64,000 bases of DNA, from positions 1 through 64,000 of the forward strand of contig PDIP01000047.1 in NCBI GenBank assembly GCA_002811645.1. The letters are read 5' to 3'. This document shows, one piece after another, positions 1 to 11,236 of this stretch. The notes under the pieces are model-generated. The model was not told where the DNA came from. It made no database searches and saw only the letters and a list, made by a program, of their open reading frames with translations. Every line of letters starts with the position of its first letter. The first letter of the stretch is position 1. The position numbers and the translations under genes were made by a program. This stretch comes from Corallochytrium limacisporum Hawaii (lineage: Eukaryota; Protista; Pluriformea).

Positions 1-80
1 GGGGGGGGAGGGACGGCAGTGTTTGAGGGAAGAGGGAAGCGGAAGGGGGGACGGACTTCGGAAGGAAGGGTTTCTTAAGT

Positions 81-83
<3 letters not shown>

Positions 84-115
<32 letters not shown>
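84..115. repeat. (CT)n microsatellite
   Basis: uninterrupted ctctct run. Confidence 0.9.
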
Positions 116-125
<10 letters not shown>

Positions 126-825
126 GCCAGGACCTTCGCATAAAGTACACACTCCCTTTTTTTTTTCTTTTTACTACGTCCTTTCTTTTCTTGTACTTCT
201 GCTTCTCTTGCCTTTTCGGTTCTCCTCTTTCTTTCGCGAACAACACAGCACAAGAGTCAACCCCCCTTGGAAATTGGCTTCGTTGGGGAAGGAGAGACCC
301 AAGGCGGCGGGGGAGGGGGCCTCCCCCGGAACGCGGGGCCAGGTCGGGGCCTATTTTGATCCCCACGCAGAACAATACCACCATTTTGGAAAACTTTGGG
401 CGGCGGAGAGCCTGGGCAGTCTCTGGCTCGGGGGGCCCTTTTGGCCTTCGTTTTCCCCTTTTCCCGCCCCGGTTTTTTTTGGTCGTTTGTTTAGGACCCG
501 GCGCAGGGGGGGTGTATGTGTGTGCATTTTGGAAACACTGCCTGCCCTTTCTCTCCAGCGCAATTGATGAGGGGCCGCGACAACGCGTTCGGACACTAAC
601 AGTGAGGGTTTTAATTATTGTTTGCTCTAGCGGATTGGTACGTTAGAAGTATACCGGCACGGATCACGTTTCTGTAAGGGATGCGCAGGATATGTTTGTT
701 CCACTGACAACGTACATCTCATCTAGTCAAGCTCAGCTACGAAAAGTTCCATCCGTCTGTCTGGGGTCAACGCCTGTGGATCGCTTGTGGACAGATCGGT
801 ACAGCACAATAGTTTTAAAGAAACC

Positions 826-1929
826 ATGCATTCCATCAGGCTGGTACAGGGCCTGGCCCGTATAAATGGCCCGAAAAGCAGCTGTGCGTTTGCAAGGTCG
901 CCATGTGTCAGAGTGGCTGGCATCTCTATGGGGAGCGTGGTCCTTCGCAAGGGTAAGATTGACCGCGTGTACCGCGGTTCAGGGTTCGAGCTCTCGGACG
1001 CCAGGCTATTCCCACAGATCCTCCCAGAATTTCTACACGCTGAGAATATTGTTAACAAAGCACCGGCCCCAATTCAGAGGTTTTTGGAAGTTAGTAGAAT
1101 GGACAAGCCGATCGGCACATGGTTACTCTACTTGCCGTGTGTATGGAGCATTGCGGCGGCGACTCCAGTTTATTCCATTCCCGACTTTGGGCTAATGGCA
1201 CTGTTTGGAGCAGGTGCTTTCATCATGCGTGGAGCAGGATGTACCATCAATGATCTCTGGGATCAAGATCTCGACAAAAAAGTCGCACGAACAGCAGATC
1301 GGCCTTTGGCTAGCGGGAAAATCGGCACTCTGGCAGGCGTGGGATGGCTGGCCGCTCAGCTCTCTGCCGGCCTCGGTGTGCTTACCCAGCTCAACTGGGC
1401 ATCCATCAAGCTCGGTGCCTCATCACTTGGTTTGGTTGGCATATACCCCTTGGCCAAGCGCTTCACCAACATGCCCCAGCTGGTCCTTGGCCTGACCTTC
1501 AACTGGGGTGCATTGCTCGGTTACACAGCTGCCACCGGCATGGTGGACCTTGCTGTCACGGGACCTTTGTACCTAGCCGGTGTGGCCTGGACCATGCACT
1601 ATGATACCATCTACGCCCACCAAGACAAGGAGGACGATGCCAAGATCGGCGTCAAGTCGACTGCACTGTTCTTCGGCGAGTACACGAAACCGTACCTGGC
1701 CGCGTTCTCCGGGATCACAACGGCCGGCCTGCTGGCCAGTGGCGCCGCAGCCGGCGTGGGATTGCCATACTACCTCGGTGTGACCGCGGGTGCCGGTCAT
1801 CTGGCTTGGCAGATCCTCACAGTTGACCTGAACAGCCAGAGTGACTGCCTCTCCAAGTTCAAGAGCAACCGCGACTACGGGCTCCTCATTGGCCTTAGCT
1901 GGATGGTGGGTCGTTTCTTTGGTATGTAA
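826..1929 (+). CDS. COQ2: 4-hydroxybenzoate polyprenyltransferase (ubiquinone biosynthesis), mitochondrial
   Basis: UbiA-family motifs RMDKPIGTWLLYLPC, GAGCTINDLWDQDLDKKVARTADRPLASG and YDTIYAHQDKEDDAKIGVKSTAL; first ATG at 826 gives an Arg-rich presequence-like N-terminus. Confidence 0.95.
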   Translation: MHSIRLVQGLARINGPKSSCAFARSPCVRVAGISMGSVVLRKGKIDRVYRGSGFELSDARLFPQILPEFLHAENIVNKAPAPIQRFLEVSRMDKPIGTWLLYLPCVWSIAAATPVYSIPDFGLMALFGAGAFIMRGAGCTINDLWDQDLDKKVARTADRPLASGKIGTLAGVGWLAAQLSAGLGVLTQLNWASIKLGASSLGLVGIYPLAKRFTNMPQLVLGLTFNWGALLGYTAATGMVDLAVTGPLYLAGVAWTMHYDTIYAHQDKEDDAKIGVKSTALFFGEYTKPYLAAFSGITTAGLLASGAAAGVGLPYYLGVTAGAGHLAWQILTVDLNSQSDCLSKFKSNRDYGLLIGLSWMVGRFFGM

Positions 1930-4000
1930 ACACGCACCAGACCAATAATCATATACTGAATAGAGTAGAATACTCCTTCCCATTCATACTTAATGCCCTA
2001 ATCGGCGCGATATTTAATATCCGGAATTTTGATATCATACGTTCCATAGCCAAACAACCTCACCGCCTGGGAGTCTGTTTTTTATCTCTCTGTCTCTCTC
2101 TCTCTCCCTACGAACTGAAACAAAAAAGAAAAAGAAAAGAAAACAAGAGAAACAAAAATTGCCACACACACACACCTCTCTCTCCTCCTTCCTCGCCCAA
2201 CCCCCCCCCTGGCGGGCCGTTGATTCTGTAATGCCTGCGCTTCAGAGAGAGAAGGAAAGAAAGGACCAGAGAGACAGAGAGAAGCGAGGAAAAAATTGAT
2301 CAAGCGACAATTCAACCCCTCCCTCCCCCAAGTCTTGTCGGTGGGTGATTTTCTTTTTGGTTTTCATTGTTGACTTGACAATAAAAACAGAAGCGAAAGG
2401 AAACAAGAAAAAAAAATCAAGAAAAAAAAAACAGGAAAGGAAGAAGAAACCCCGACCCATCTCTCGCTCTCTCCGCCACAACCTTCTCCTTGGAGATCAC
2501 AAAGGAGGGGGAAACCCCTTCTCTCTCTCTCTCTCTTTAGGACTTCTCTTTTGTTTTATTTTTGTGCAATGAAAAAGTTAAACAATTTTTTCTCTTTTTC
2601 TTTCTTGCTTGCGTCGTCGGAAGGGGAGGGTGGTGTTCCATTACTCCTCTCTTCCATTTCCTATGCAAAAATTATGGCAAATAGTGCGAGAGTGAGAGAG
2701 ATGCACACTCAGCCCCCCACCTCTCTTTCTCTCGACTTTTCCCAAAGGGCAAAGAAAAAGCCACCTTCCTTCCCCTCCCCCCTCCTCCACCTCCCAAGAA
2801 AACACACAGAGTAAGCCGAAAAGGTTCTGAAACTACCACTCTTTCTTCCTTAATTATGGCCCGGAAAAGAAATTAATTTGAGCCATAAACACGCCCCCCC
2901 CCTCTGGAGGGGGGCTTCAGAAACCGCTCGGTTCCCTATACCCAACAGGCCCCTTTCCACTCTACTAGAAATGACGGGAAAAACGAGGTTTTTTTTTGTT
3001 GGAGAAAAAATTTCACCGCGCCGCAACACCAACGGAAATCAGGTACTAAATGTACTACATAACTCAAAGCCACAGGTCTAAGCTAGGGCCAGGAGAAGGA
3101 GGGGAAGGGGGACACTTCAACGGAAGACCAGCTACCGTCATCCAAAAAAAATATCATACATTTGGTTGTACCTGGCCACCATCTCTGGCAATTTTCCATA
3201 GTCTAAGTACCAGACTAACCCACCAGCTCCTGTGCACTTCCGTGAGGGACTTTTAGTGAGAGGCACGTGTCCGGTATTTCCTGTCTTTTCTTTTGCTTTC
3301 TTTTCTCTGTTTTTTGGGTCGTGGCCCACTCACCACCCTCCCTGTTCTCCCGACTGGAGCCGGATCGATAAAAAAAAGGGGGGGCCCACTTCCCCAGTGC
3401 CCCCCCCCTGTACTATAATCAATGAATGGGTAAGATTTACGCCCCGTCTTGCGGACAGCCGAATCGCCCGGGGGTGGTGTCGGTTATCGCTCAGGGCGTT
3501 CGTACGCCATGCCGCGGGGTGCTGGAAGGCGGTGAGACCCTGTGGCCAATGCGAGCAAAGGGGAGGTTCCCGAATTCAGTACTGAATGTACTGAATTGCG
3601 CAGAGGTGAGACCGCGAAGTGGTGCAGTTGAAGCGCTGGTCGTTTGGAAATTGCAGAGACACGGGACGCCGGGGTTGAATTGTCGCTGACACTCTTTTCC
3701 TTTGTTGACACGACTCGGACCGTTTTTGCTCTTGTCCGCATTAAATTGTATCAGCAAACGTTCATGCAATGAATTGTTGAATCAACATGGTACAAGAATG
3801 AAGTAATAACAGTGGCTCTGAAAGGAATCAATGGGTTTGCACACTATAGTAGGAACCTGTCACCAGGGTTAATTGCGAAAGCAATCTTAGGCTTGATCAA
3901 GTAGCAGCATAGAATATCTTGAGGCAAGAATCTCCTTATTATTTTTATACAGTTTAGCTTGCATTATCGACAAAAAAATAGTAAAGAACCCCCAAGAACC

Positions 4001-4264
4001 ATGACCAAGCGTGCACGTGAAGACAACTGTGTACCCCAGGAGGTGCCGCAAACCACCACTCCATGCCGGCCACCTTTGCTGAAGCGACACTCGTCCCAGA
4101 CTCTGGCACGAGAGACCCTGCAGAAGATCCGTACTCAGGAACAGTCAGTTACGTTCAAAACGGATGTCTTCAAGGGCTCTTGGACTGATCAGGCACCTGT
4201 GCACATGCAGGAGGTGGGAGGCGTACCCGTCCACAAGTTCATCGGCAGCATGGGAGGGTATTGA
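4001..4264 (+). CDS. small hypothetical protein (87 aa)
   Basis: ATG in ACCATG context, coding-like composition, followed by an AT-rich 3' tract like other genes here; no recognisable family. Confidence 0.45.
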   Translation: MTKRAREDNCVPQEVPQTTTPCRPPLLKRHSSQTLARETLQKIRTQEQSVTFKTDVFKGSWTDQAPVHMQEVGGVPVHKFIGSMGGY

Positions 4265-5188
4265 GAACGTTAGTAAAAATAATATTATCAAACAATTTTA
4301 TCCTTAGAAAACATGAATTTGCCTGTATTCAAGAATATAGCTCTTTACCGAATCTTCGTTACACTGGATTCTCTGGACATGGAAGTCAAGTTCATGGTCG
4401 TACAGCATTTCCCCTTCCCTTGCTCCACAATATAGGTCCCTTTCCCCTCAGCGTGCCCATTGCTATATAAACATAACCAATATTCTGAGCTCAATCTTCT
4501 AATTGCAATTTGCTATGAATATCAATACTAGTCTCCATCTGCCTTCGCCAGTACATTTACTACCACCCCCCGCACACGAACTCATTTTCAACTTTTCGCG
4601 CAATAGCCAAACGGCCCGAAGTGTCCTCCTCCCTTCCGCCATACTTTCACTACTACGCAGCCCAGCCCTAACCGCTGGTGGTCGCCCCCCTGCCCCGACC
4701 GTGTCGTGTCAACCCCCCCTTACCCCGGTTTTTCTCTTTTTTTTTTCCTCTTTTCGGTTTTTCTTTTTCCGGCGTTTTTTTTTTGGCACCGTTTGTACTA
4801 AAAAATAAAAAGCACACAGCCCTTCGCTCTCTGCCCGGGCCTAGCTTTTCCTTGTGCCTTGCAGGCCCCCCCCCCATTCCAAATGCTAGGGAAACGGGAA
4901 AAAGGGGTCAGGGGAAAAGGAAGGAGTGGGAGAGGAGGGGGGGGGACCCCGGGGCGGGGAGGAAAAGAGTAGGCACGCACTATTGATTTATTTGGTCGGA
5001 TGCCCAATGGCGAGACAAGCGGTGGAGGTGGACAAGGGGGTTAGGGGTGTTTTTGAACCTTCGGGGGTCGGTCGACACCCGCCTCCGGTTCAAATGAAAA
5101 CCCCCCCCCCCCCCCGGGGGGAACCTCCCGGACTGGGGAGTCGGGGTCCATTTGTAGATCCTGCCCATGACTCGTGGAATGTGTGATC

Positions 5189-6004
5189 CTAGTCAGTGCC
5201 CAGGAACAGCGCTACACTGCGGAGCTGCCAGAGACCCTCGGCAGAGGTGGTTGTCGAGGCGACGTTGGGACTAACTGGCACACGAAGGGACGCCAGCTGG
5301 CCACCAGTGCGGGACAGGTCAGCATATAGTGGAACACTGAACGAGCTTGCAGTGGGTGGTAGCTGGCTCGAGGGCAGCCAGGCAACGCGTAGATTGGGGA
5401 CCACGGCAAGTGCAGGGTCCGAGGAGTCGAGATCCTGAAGTTTGACATTCCCTGCACTCATTCCCAGCTTCGCGCCTTCCAAGAAGCACGAACTGATGAT
5501 CAGGACGAAGCCATGCTGCATCTGCGCATCGATCGTGGCCGTGGCAGCCCAGTCAGACGTCAACTCGCGATCATTTACGGCGCAATCGAGAGCCATGGCG
5601 CAGTCCTGGCGCAGAGCGTTCAGGAAGGTAGCTGGACGGACCATGGGCGCCAGAGGCAGGGGCACATTCAGGAATGTACGCAAGTTGACAGACCCAGGTG
5701 CAAACCTAGCTGCATCATTGCCGCCAGTAAACAGCCGCCGGTTGAGATCGACAGCTGCACAGCAGCGGGAAATGGCATCCGTGACCAAGGATATGGGATC
5801 AGCAGGACCATGTTCGAAAGCTTTTTCCCATGCATGAGGGATGCGACGTTGCAAACTGATGGTAGCTAGGCGCTCCAGGTCCGGAGTAGGCGCCACAGCG
5901 CCCTTCAGCATCTCATCCAGTGAAGTCAGCGTCTTAGCAATCACAGATACCCTTCCCATCACGGTCTCCAACTGTTTTCACGAACCATGCCAAAGAGGAG
6001 AATC
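5189..6004 (-). pseudogene. isolated C-terminal fragment of cytoplasmic dynein-2 heavy chain (DYNC2H1-like); relic or stand-alone domain
   Basis: ORF 5971-5189 contains IPHAWEKAFEHGPADP, RPATFLNALRQ, SCFLEGA, SVPLY and WQLRSVALFL, matching the dynein-2 heavy chain C-terminal domain; an upstream SPLAWFVKT-like continuation is recoverable only with frameshifts around an in-frame TGA at 5978-5980; no other dynein sequence in the window. Confidence 0.7.
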
Positions 6005-6395
6005 CTACAGCAAGGTCATCCTCATGGGTCGCCGATCCACATTGTTACTAACTAAGGGGTCAGCTTAATACGAGGGGACAAAGAGGTAGAGATAAACCGA
6101 TTGGGGCGGGTCTTCCTGTGGGGGGGGGGTCCGTAGGCCTGGAATTTCGACATAAGTTGGGTGGCTTTTTGATCTTCGCTCCTTTGTCTCTTTCGCCGGG
6201 TCACATAGACTGCGTACGCATCTGAGACGTCTTTCAGTTCTGTGAAGAGAAACTTCTCTCCCCGTCTTGGTATCTATGATCTGCTTGCCGTTCAAGACCT
6301 GATCCTCGAACATAATAACCACCGCCTTAGGATTGAACCTGTCGCAACGGTTTGGTGGAAATAGAGGGCACTCCAGGGGACCAGGTCTTTAAGTC

Positions 6396-8087
6396 ATGAA
6401 TGGGTTGTTACACACCCGGCTTTCCAGCCGATTCGTTCGCCCGGGAGTGGCGGTCTCCATGGGTTGGTCTTCTTTAATTTGTGGAAGTCTCCGACGAAAC
6501 TACGCCACCGACGAGGCTGAAATTGCGGAACGAAAGAGATCAGTGGAAGGTAGCCTGGACGCCTTTGTAGGCAAAGTATGGTCACGGGTTGTCGAAGCTG
6601 GCGGAGGCACTGCAAGTATGCGTCAGCCAGTGGTATCATTTGACAGTCCGCGTGAATTTTTGTCGCATATATCAGACGACATGCAAACCATTTTGAATGG
6701 CCGAAGAATTAGGTACTCTAGTCACGAATTGAGGGAAAGCGAAATCGAGAAGGAGGGTCTTCGGTCAACATTGGCATCGTTCGCAAAATACGATTCACAA
6801 GCCAATATAGTGCGTTTGATGAGTACCAACATCAGTGACCTTGCGGCACGCCTGAAGAAACAAAGTGTTCCGTATGTTCAGATGATCCTGATCCACGAAC
6901 TTGCGCACGCAGTACAACACCAAAGCTCCACACAGAGTGCCAACTTTTCTTCGGGACCAGCAGATCGCTTCATTGCTAGGGAATGTCTGTGTGAAGGACA
7001 TGCTCTCATTGTGCAGGATGCAGTTGCGAAGGAGATTGGTATTGACGAAGACATACTGGCAAACTTTGAGATGGACATGGGTTTCACGTCTCCGCTAGGA
7101 CATGACAGGGCGTCTCACGATGAGGTCGAACGAGAACTTTTAGAAGTGACTCAGCTGAGCCATCTGAGGAGGAGCATTTACTATTATGGAAAAGCTTATG
7201 CCCTTGCTGTAGGTGCCAAGGCGACTTTGGAAGCCATCAAGAACCCACAGTTGGCTACGTGGGAGATTGTGAAGCGGGGCACCGATAACAACATCATCGA
7301 AGCCCCGATTATGGCCCCACGGGGGCCCGTGTTCTCTCAAGAGTTCCAGTCGGCGTTGGACCTGGTCACTGATGCAGACCTTCTCGACCTTGCAAAGCTG
7401 AGCACCGGGACACTGATGCCTCTTATTCCAGCAGCAGCTGTCCCTGGTGGAAACGGCTCGGGTCTCGTAGCCATTCGTCAGAATGTAGACCATGGTTATA
7501 TCTGCGGATCAGCGGCGCTTGAACGCTATGACAGCATGACAAGGGCGGTATTCTTGGAGAGCATACAAAACTACCAGAAGACCATTGCACAAATCAGTGA
7601 TATACCAATTCCACAACAGCTTAGTATTTCTCTGATTCGCTTGTGGAACAAGGATGAGAACAACGTGGAGTCCTTCATAGGCCTAAAAGAACGGGCTGTG
7701 ACCAAACTAACAGATGAGCTCAGCCACAACGCAGCGTTTGTGACACAGGATCTGTCACTGCCCATCTCTGATGGAATGGCCAGGATTCAACTGAGCATTG
7801 AGAGTAGCGGCCATGAATCTCCGTACGAATTCCCGAGATCGATGATTGTGGATGCGACCTACGTTGTGCCTTTGAAGAGACTAGGCGTAGCTATTGAAAT
7901 TTCACACCAGTACCGCTTTAATTCGAAGGTTGATTCGGATGCAGACTATTCGTATCTGCGGGACAATCAGGAGTCTGTGGTAGATGCCTTCGCCAGGGAA
8001 TACTTGCTGCACGAAGTGCGAAACAGTTCCAACCGCGCTGAACAGCTCATGCCCATTATTCAGAAGATAGGTGGCGTAATTAGCTAG
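6396..8087 (+). CDS. putative zincin-like metallopeptidase (HExxH plus downstream E) with mitochondrial-like presequence
   Basis: 563-aa ORF; ILIHELAHAVQHQ followed by ARECLCEGHA; acid-free Arg/Ser-rich N-terminus ending RRNYA. Confidence 0.75.
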   Translation: MNGLLHTRLSSRFVRPGVAVSMGWSSLICGSLRRNYATDEAEIAERKRSVEGSLDAFVGKVWSRVVEAGGGTASMRQPVVSFDSPREFLSHISDDMQTILNGRRIRYSSHELRESEIEKEGLRSTLASFAKYDSQANIVRLMSTNISDLAARLKKQSVPYVQMILIHELAHAVQHQSSTQSANFSSGPADRFIARECLCEGHALIVQDAVAKEIGIDEDILANFEMDMGFTSPLGHDRASHDEVERELLEVTQLSHLRRSIYYYGKAYALAVGAKATLEAIKNPQLATWEIVKRGTDNNIIEAPIMAPRGPVFSQEFQSALDLVTDADLLDLAKLSTGTLMPLIPAAAVPGGNGSGLVAIRQNVDHGYICGSAALERYDSMTRAVFLESIQNYQKTIAQISDIPIPQQLSISLIRLWNKDENNVESFIGLKERAVTKLTDELSHNAAFVTQDLSLPISDGMARIQLSIESSGHESPYEFPRSMIVDATYVVPLKRLGVAIEISHQYRFNSKVDSDADYSYLRDNQESVVDAFAREYLLHEVRNSSNRAEQLMPIIQKIGGVIS

Positions 8088-8124
8088 TGGATCACTAGCT
8101 GAAGTTAGTACATTATTTATGTTC

Positions 8125-9222
8125 TCATAACTTTCCTGCCGGCAGATGCGTAGGCTTCTGCCGGATGGTATCCACAATGTGTTCTGAGACCGCGTCGACA
8201 TTTTCAAGAGGGAAGAAATGGCTTCCCTCTACTGAGAAATGCTTGACCAATCGAATTCTCGTCGCGATCGCGTCCACAATGTTATGGGGATGGGTATTGG
8301 AGTGGGTACCGCTGAGGAATACCACTGGCGCACCTACTTCGTCCAATTTCTTGTACGTCTCATGACCATTGCCCCCCAGGTAGAAGCTGGCTTCCGTCTC
8401 CGGCAGACACTTTAATGTCACTCCTTTGTTGCCCTCAAGAGGCTTCAAGCCACCTGCTGCATATGCAAGCATCACTTCCGGATGAATGCGTCGAAAGAGC
8501 TTCTTTTGGCTCATCAATTCGGCAAACTTTTCCTTACTTTCAAAGTTAGCACGCCGTGCACGTGCAGTGTTTGCATGTTCCACACCGCTATCATCCACGG
8601 GAAATGTAATGGGATCTGCAGCAACGATAGCACGGAACGTGCCTGGTCTATAAATCTCTGTCTGGAGTGCAAGACATCCGCCCATGCTGTGTCCGTAAGC
8701 AAAGAAAGACTTACCCACCGTACCATGCATTCGGCCTTGCAGAAAGTCTCCAACATAAGTAAGATCCTTTGCGCATATGGCCCAGCCAGATGAGTTATCG
8801 AATCCCATGCTGGGGCTATCCCCGTGACCTCTGATGTCCACCGTCACTGCATCGAGCTCTGGCATCTTCTGCTGCAGAGATCGAATGATGGGGTCGTTGA
8901 TCTTACGGCAAAAGCCCGTGGGATGTATCATGAGCAATGTGGGTCCTTCACTCCGCTTCCCATTCTGTGGCGCATGGTAATCAACTGTAACATATCGGCC
9001 CGTATGATCATCGACGTTGACCTCTTGTGTCCAAGTGGGTTTCAGCAATGAGTCATCAGCAGATTTGAACCCAGTCACTTCCAGCAGGGACATTGACTGA
9101 CGCATCTCTTCTGAATTGTGCATGGTCGCATATGCTCGCGACACCTGGGTGTATGCTCCGAGGTTATTTTTCCAAGAATGCGCTGCACGCAGTAAAGACC
9201 TAATAATCATCGGACAATTCAT
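8125..9222 (-). CDS. alpha/beta hydrolase fold protein
   Basis: HPTGF oxyanion region, DIRGHGDS, nucleophile elbow GHSMGG, catalytic His in GSHFFPLE; start ATG at 9222 or 9210. Confidence 0.9.
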   Translation of the reverse strand: MNCPMIIRSLLRAAHSWKNNLGAYTQVSRAYATMHNSEEMRQSMSLLEVTGFKSADDSLLKPTWTQEVNVDDHTGRYVTVDYHAPQNGKRSEGPTLLMIHPTGFCRKINDPIIRSLQQKMPELDAVTVDIRGHGDSPSMGFDNSSGWAICAKDLTYVGDFLQGRMHGTVGKSFFAYGHSMGGCLALQTEIYRPGTFRAIVAADPITFPVDDSGVEHANTARARRANFESKEKFAELMSQKKLFRRIHPEVMLAYAAGGLKPLEGNKGVTLKCLPETEASFYLGGNGHETYKKLDEVGAPVVFLSGTHSNTHPHNIVDAIATRIRLVKHFSVEGSHFFPLENVDAVSEHIVDTIRQKPTHLPAGKL

Positions 9223-9970
9223 GAACGTAACGACTTTGCTAGGTGCCGAATGATGAACTTCCACCGGCCTGCAACTACAGCTGCTTCGTACGAATACACT
9301 ATGACTACAGCGATCAGTTACACTACATACCTGCTTTTCATTATCGTCTTGAATTCAAGACTAACGCAAGACGTACTACACCATGCCGGAATACAGCACC
9401 ATTTGTGCCCGCTCAAGCCTCATCACGCACCCTCCAAATGACGTGTCGTGACCAGCTCAACCCCTTCATCGCCCGTGGTCAGCTGAGGCGGGAAAAACCC
9501 TCAGCCAACACATACGACATTGGATGATAGTGTGCGATTTATAGAGAGAGCGAACCGGGTGAATTGATAGAATTCTGGAGGGGCTGGGGTTGGCAGGAAG
9601 GGCGTCCCGTGGAAAGGGGGGGGGGTGGGTTTTGGCTGGAGAGGGGAAAATTAGCCTAAAATTAGCTATTGACCTCCGCCACGGCAAGCGTACTCCGGCA
9701 CCGCAGTTTTGATCGAGATGTCATTCTGTGGGTTTTCTCGATATCCTGATAGCACGGGATACCCGAAGTCACCTTTTCTTTGGGTGGGGTTCGGACAGGT
9801 AAGGACGGGCCATACTGTCTGGACGCGGGGAACACCGGTTGGTACGCAGCGGGGAGGAAAGCGAGATCCGAAAAGCAGCCGAAGGGGTGATCAATAGTAT
9901 ACATAGATGATGTCTATTTTCTTAGAGGTCACTACGTGTGCACTGCGAGCATTGACTGTGCCTATTGTAC

Positions 9971-11236
9971 TCATGATATGGTGGCTACGGGTTCACTGCT
10001 AGGTGTTCGTCCCGTGGCCTTCTCGAGGTCCGCCAGGACCTGATCAATGTCAATGTCTTCTGGTCCACTGGGTTCCTTCTGATCGATGTGGGTAATATCT
10101 TTGATGCCACGCAGGGGCGCTACCACGACGGCACCTTGCTTGGGCAACCAATCAGCGATCAGGCCGGCCTCAGCCGCGTTCCCGTACGCTTTTTTGGATT
10201 CGGCCTGCAGCCTCATGCTCTCAGCTTCTGCAAAACCTTGGGCCTGCAGTATCTTGGCGTCTGCGTCACCTTCAATACGGGTCACTTCGGCGTTCGACTT
10301 TGCGTATGTAATATCTTTCGTACGCTGACCTTCACTGATGATCTCAGACTTGTATCGATTGGCCTCGGCAGGCTTCTTGACGTTGGCTTCAAGTTCACGA
10401 TCTTTTCTTGCCAATTCGTGCTCTTGAATCTCTACCCTCTTCCTTCCTTCAACAACCTGTACCTCTGTCTCTTCTTGTTTGATGACCTGATTGAGCTGCG
10501 CTGAACGCAGCTGATACGCAAGCTCGCTGTTCGCATTTGCTGTGTTGACCTCCTGGTCATAAGAACTTTGCTTTACCTGGTAGTTCCTCTCGTTTTCAGC
10601 AATCGAGTTGTCGACTCTGTACCTTACATCGCTGAGTGCCTGCTTAGCGTTCTCTTCTCTGATGCTCGCAGCGGCATCCTCGTCGGCCACGGCAATGCGG
10701 GCGTCACGCCTGACGCTCTCAGTGCGACTAACACCCAGAGAATCCAGGAAATCAACGTCATCTGATACATCCGTCAGAGTAAAACTGACAATTTCAATCG
10801 CCATCTTGCCAATGTCCGGCGCTGCTACCTCCCTAACCTGCATATTGAGCTTCTCTCGATCGACCAAGACCTCCTCTACGGACATACTTGCAATGATTGC
10901 TCGCAAATGACCTTGCATACTTTCCATACACGCATCTCTAATATCATTGATTGTCATACCCAAAAACTGTTCGGCAGCAATCTCCATCAATTGTGGGTCA
11001 TTATTGAATTTACATTGTGCTACAGCCTTGACAGAAATTTGCACACCTTGAGCAGTTTCCACACCTGTCAGATCAGGGTAGACTGTGAATGTTTCAAGGC
11101 TTATACGCTGGATATCGGTCACTGCCGCGCATGCCCAGCCCCAGCCGCCAATGATAATCCGGCGACCTTTATGGCCCATGCAGCCACCGGTAAGCACCAG
11201 AGCCTCATTGGGGCCAACTGTGTGAACCTGTCCCAT
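9971..11236 (-). CDS. flotillin (SPFH plus flotillin coiled-coil), divergent flotillin-2-like paralogue
   Basis: MGQVHTVGPNEALV N-terminus, VETAQGV, AAEQFLG, GHLRAI, VAAPDIGKM, EA-rich coiled coil. Confidence 0.93.
   Translation of the reverse strand: MGQVHTVGPNEALVLTGGCMGHKGRRIIIGGWGWACAAVTDIQRISLETFTVYPDLTGVETAQGVQISVKAVAQCKFNNDPQLMEIAAEQFLGMTINDIRDACMESMQGHLRAIIASMSVEEVLVDREKLNMQVREVAAPDIGKMAIEIVSFTLTDVSDDVDFLDSLGVSRTESVRRDARIAVADEDAAASIREENAKQALSDVRYRVDNSIAENERNYQVKQSSYDQEVNTANANSELAYQLRSAQLNQVIKQEETEVQVVEGRKRVEIQEHELARKDRELEANVKKPAEANRYKSEIISEGQRTKDITYAKSNAEVTRIEGDADAKILQAQGFAEAESMRLQAESKKAYGNAAEAGLIADWLPKQGAVVVAPLRGIKDITHIDQKEPSGPEDIDIDQVLADLEKATGRTPSSEPVATIS

Noticed and set aside
23-3400. 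Phe/Leu- or Lys/Arg-rich ORFs in low-complexity intergenic DNA (also 44300-45300, 51300-53400 and 61900-63800)
   Set aside because: Translations of microsatellite and homopolymer tracts
8098-8110. TACTAAC...CAG on the minus strand just after the hydrolase stop (also TACTAAC at 4269-4275 minus and 6046-6052 plus)
   Set aside because: No credible matching donor; likely chance in AT-rich spacers
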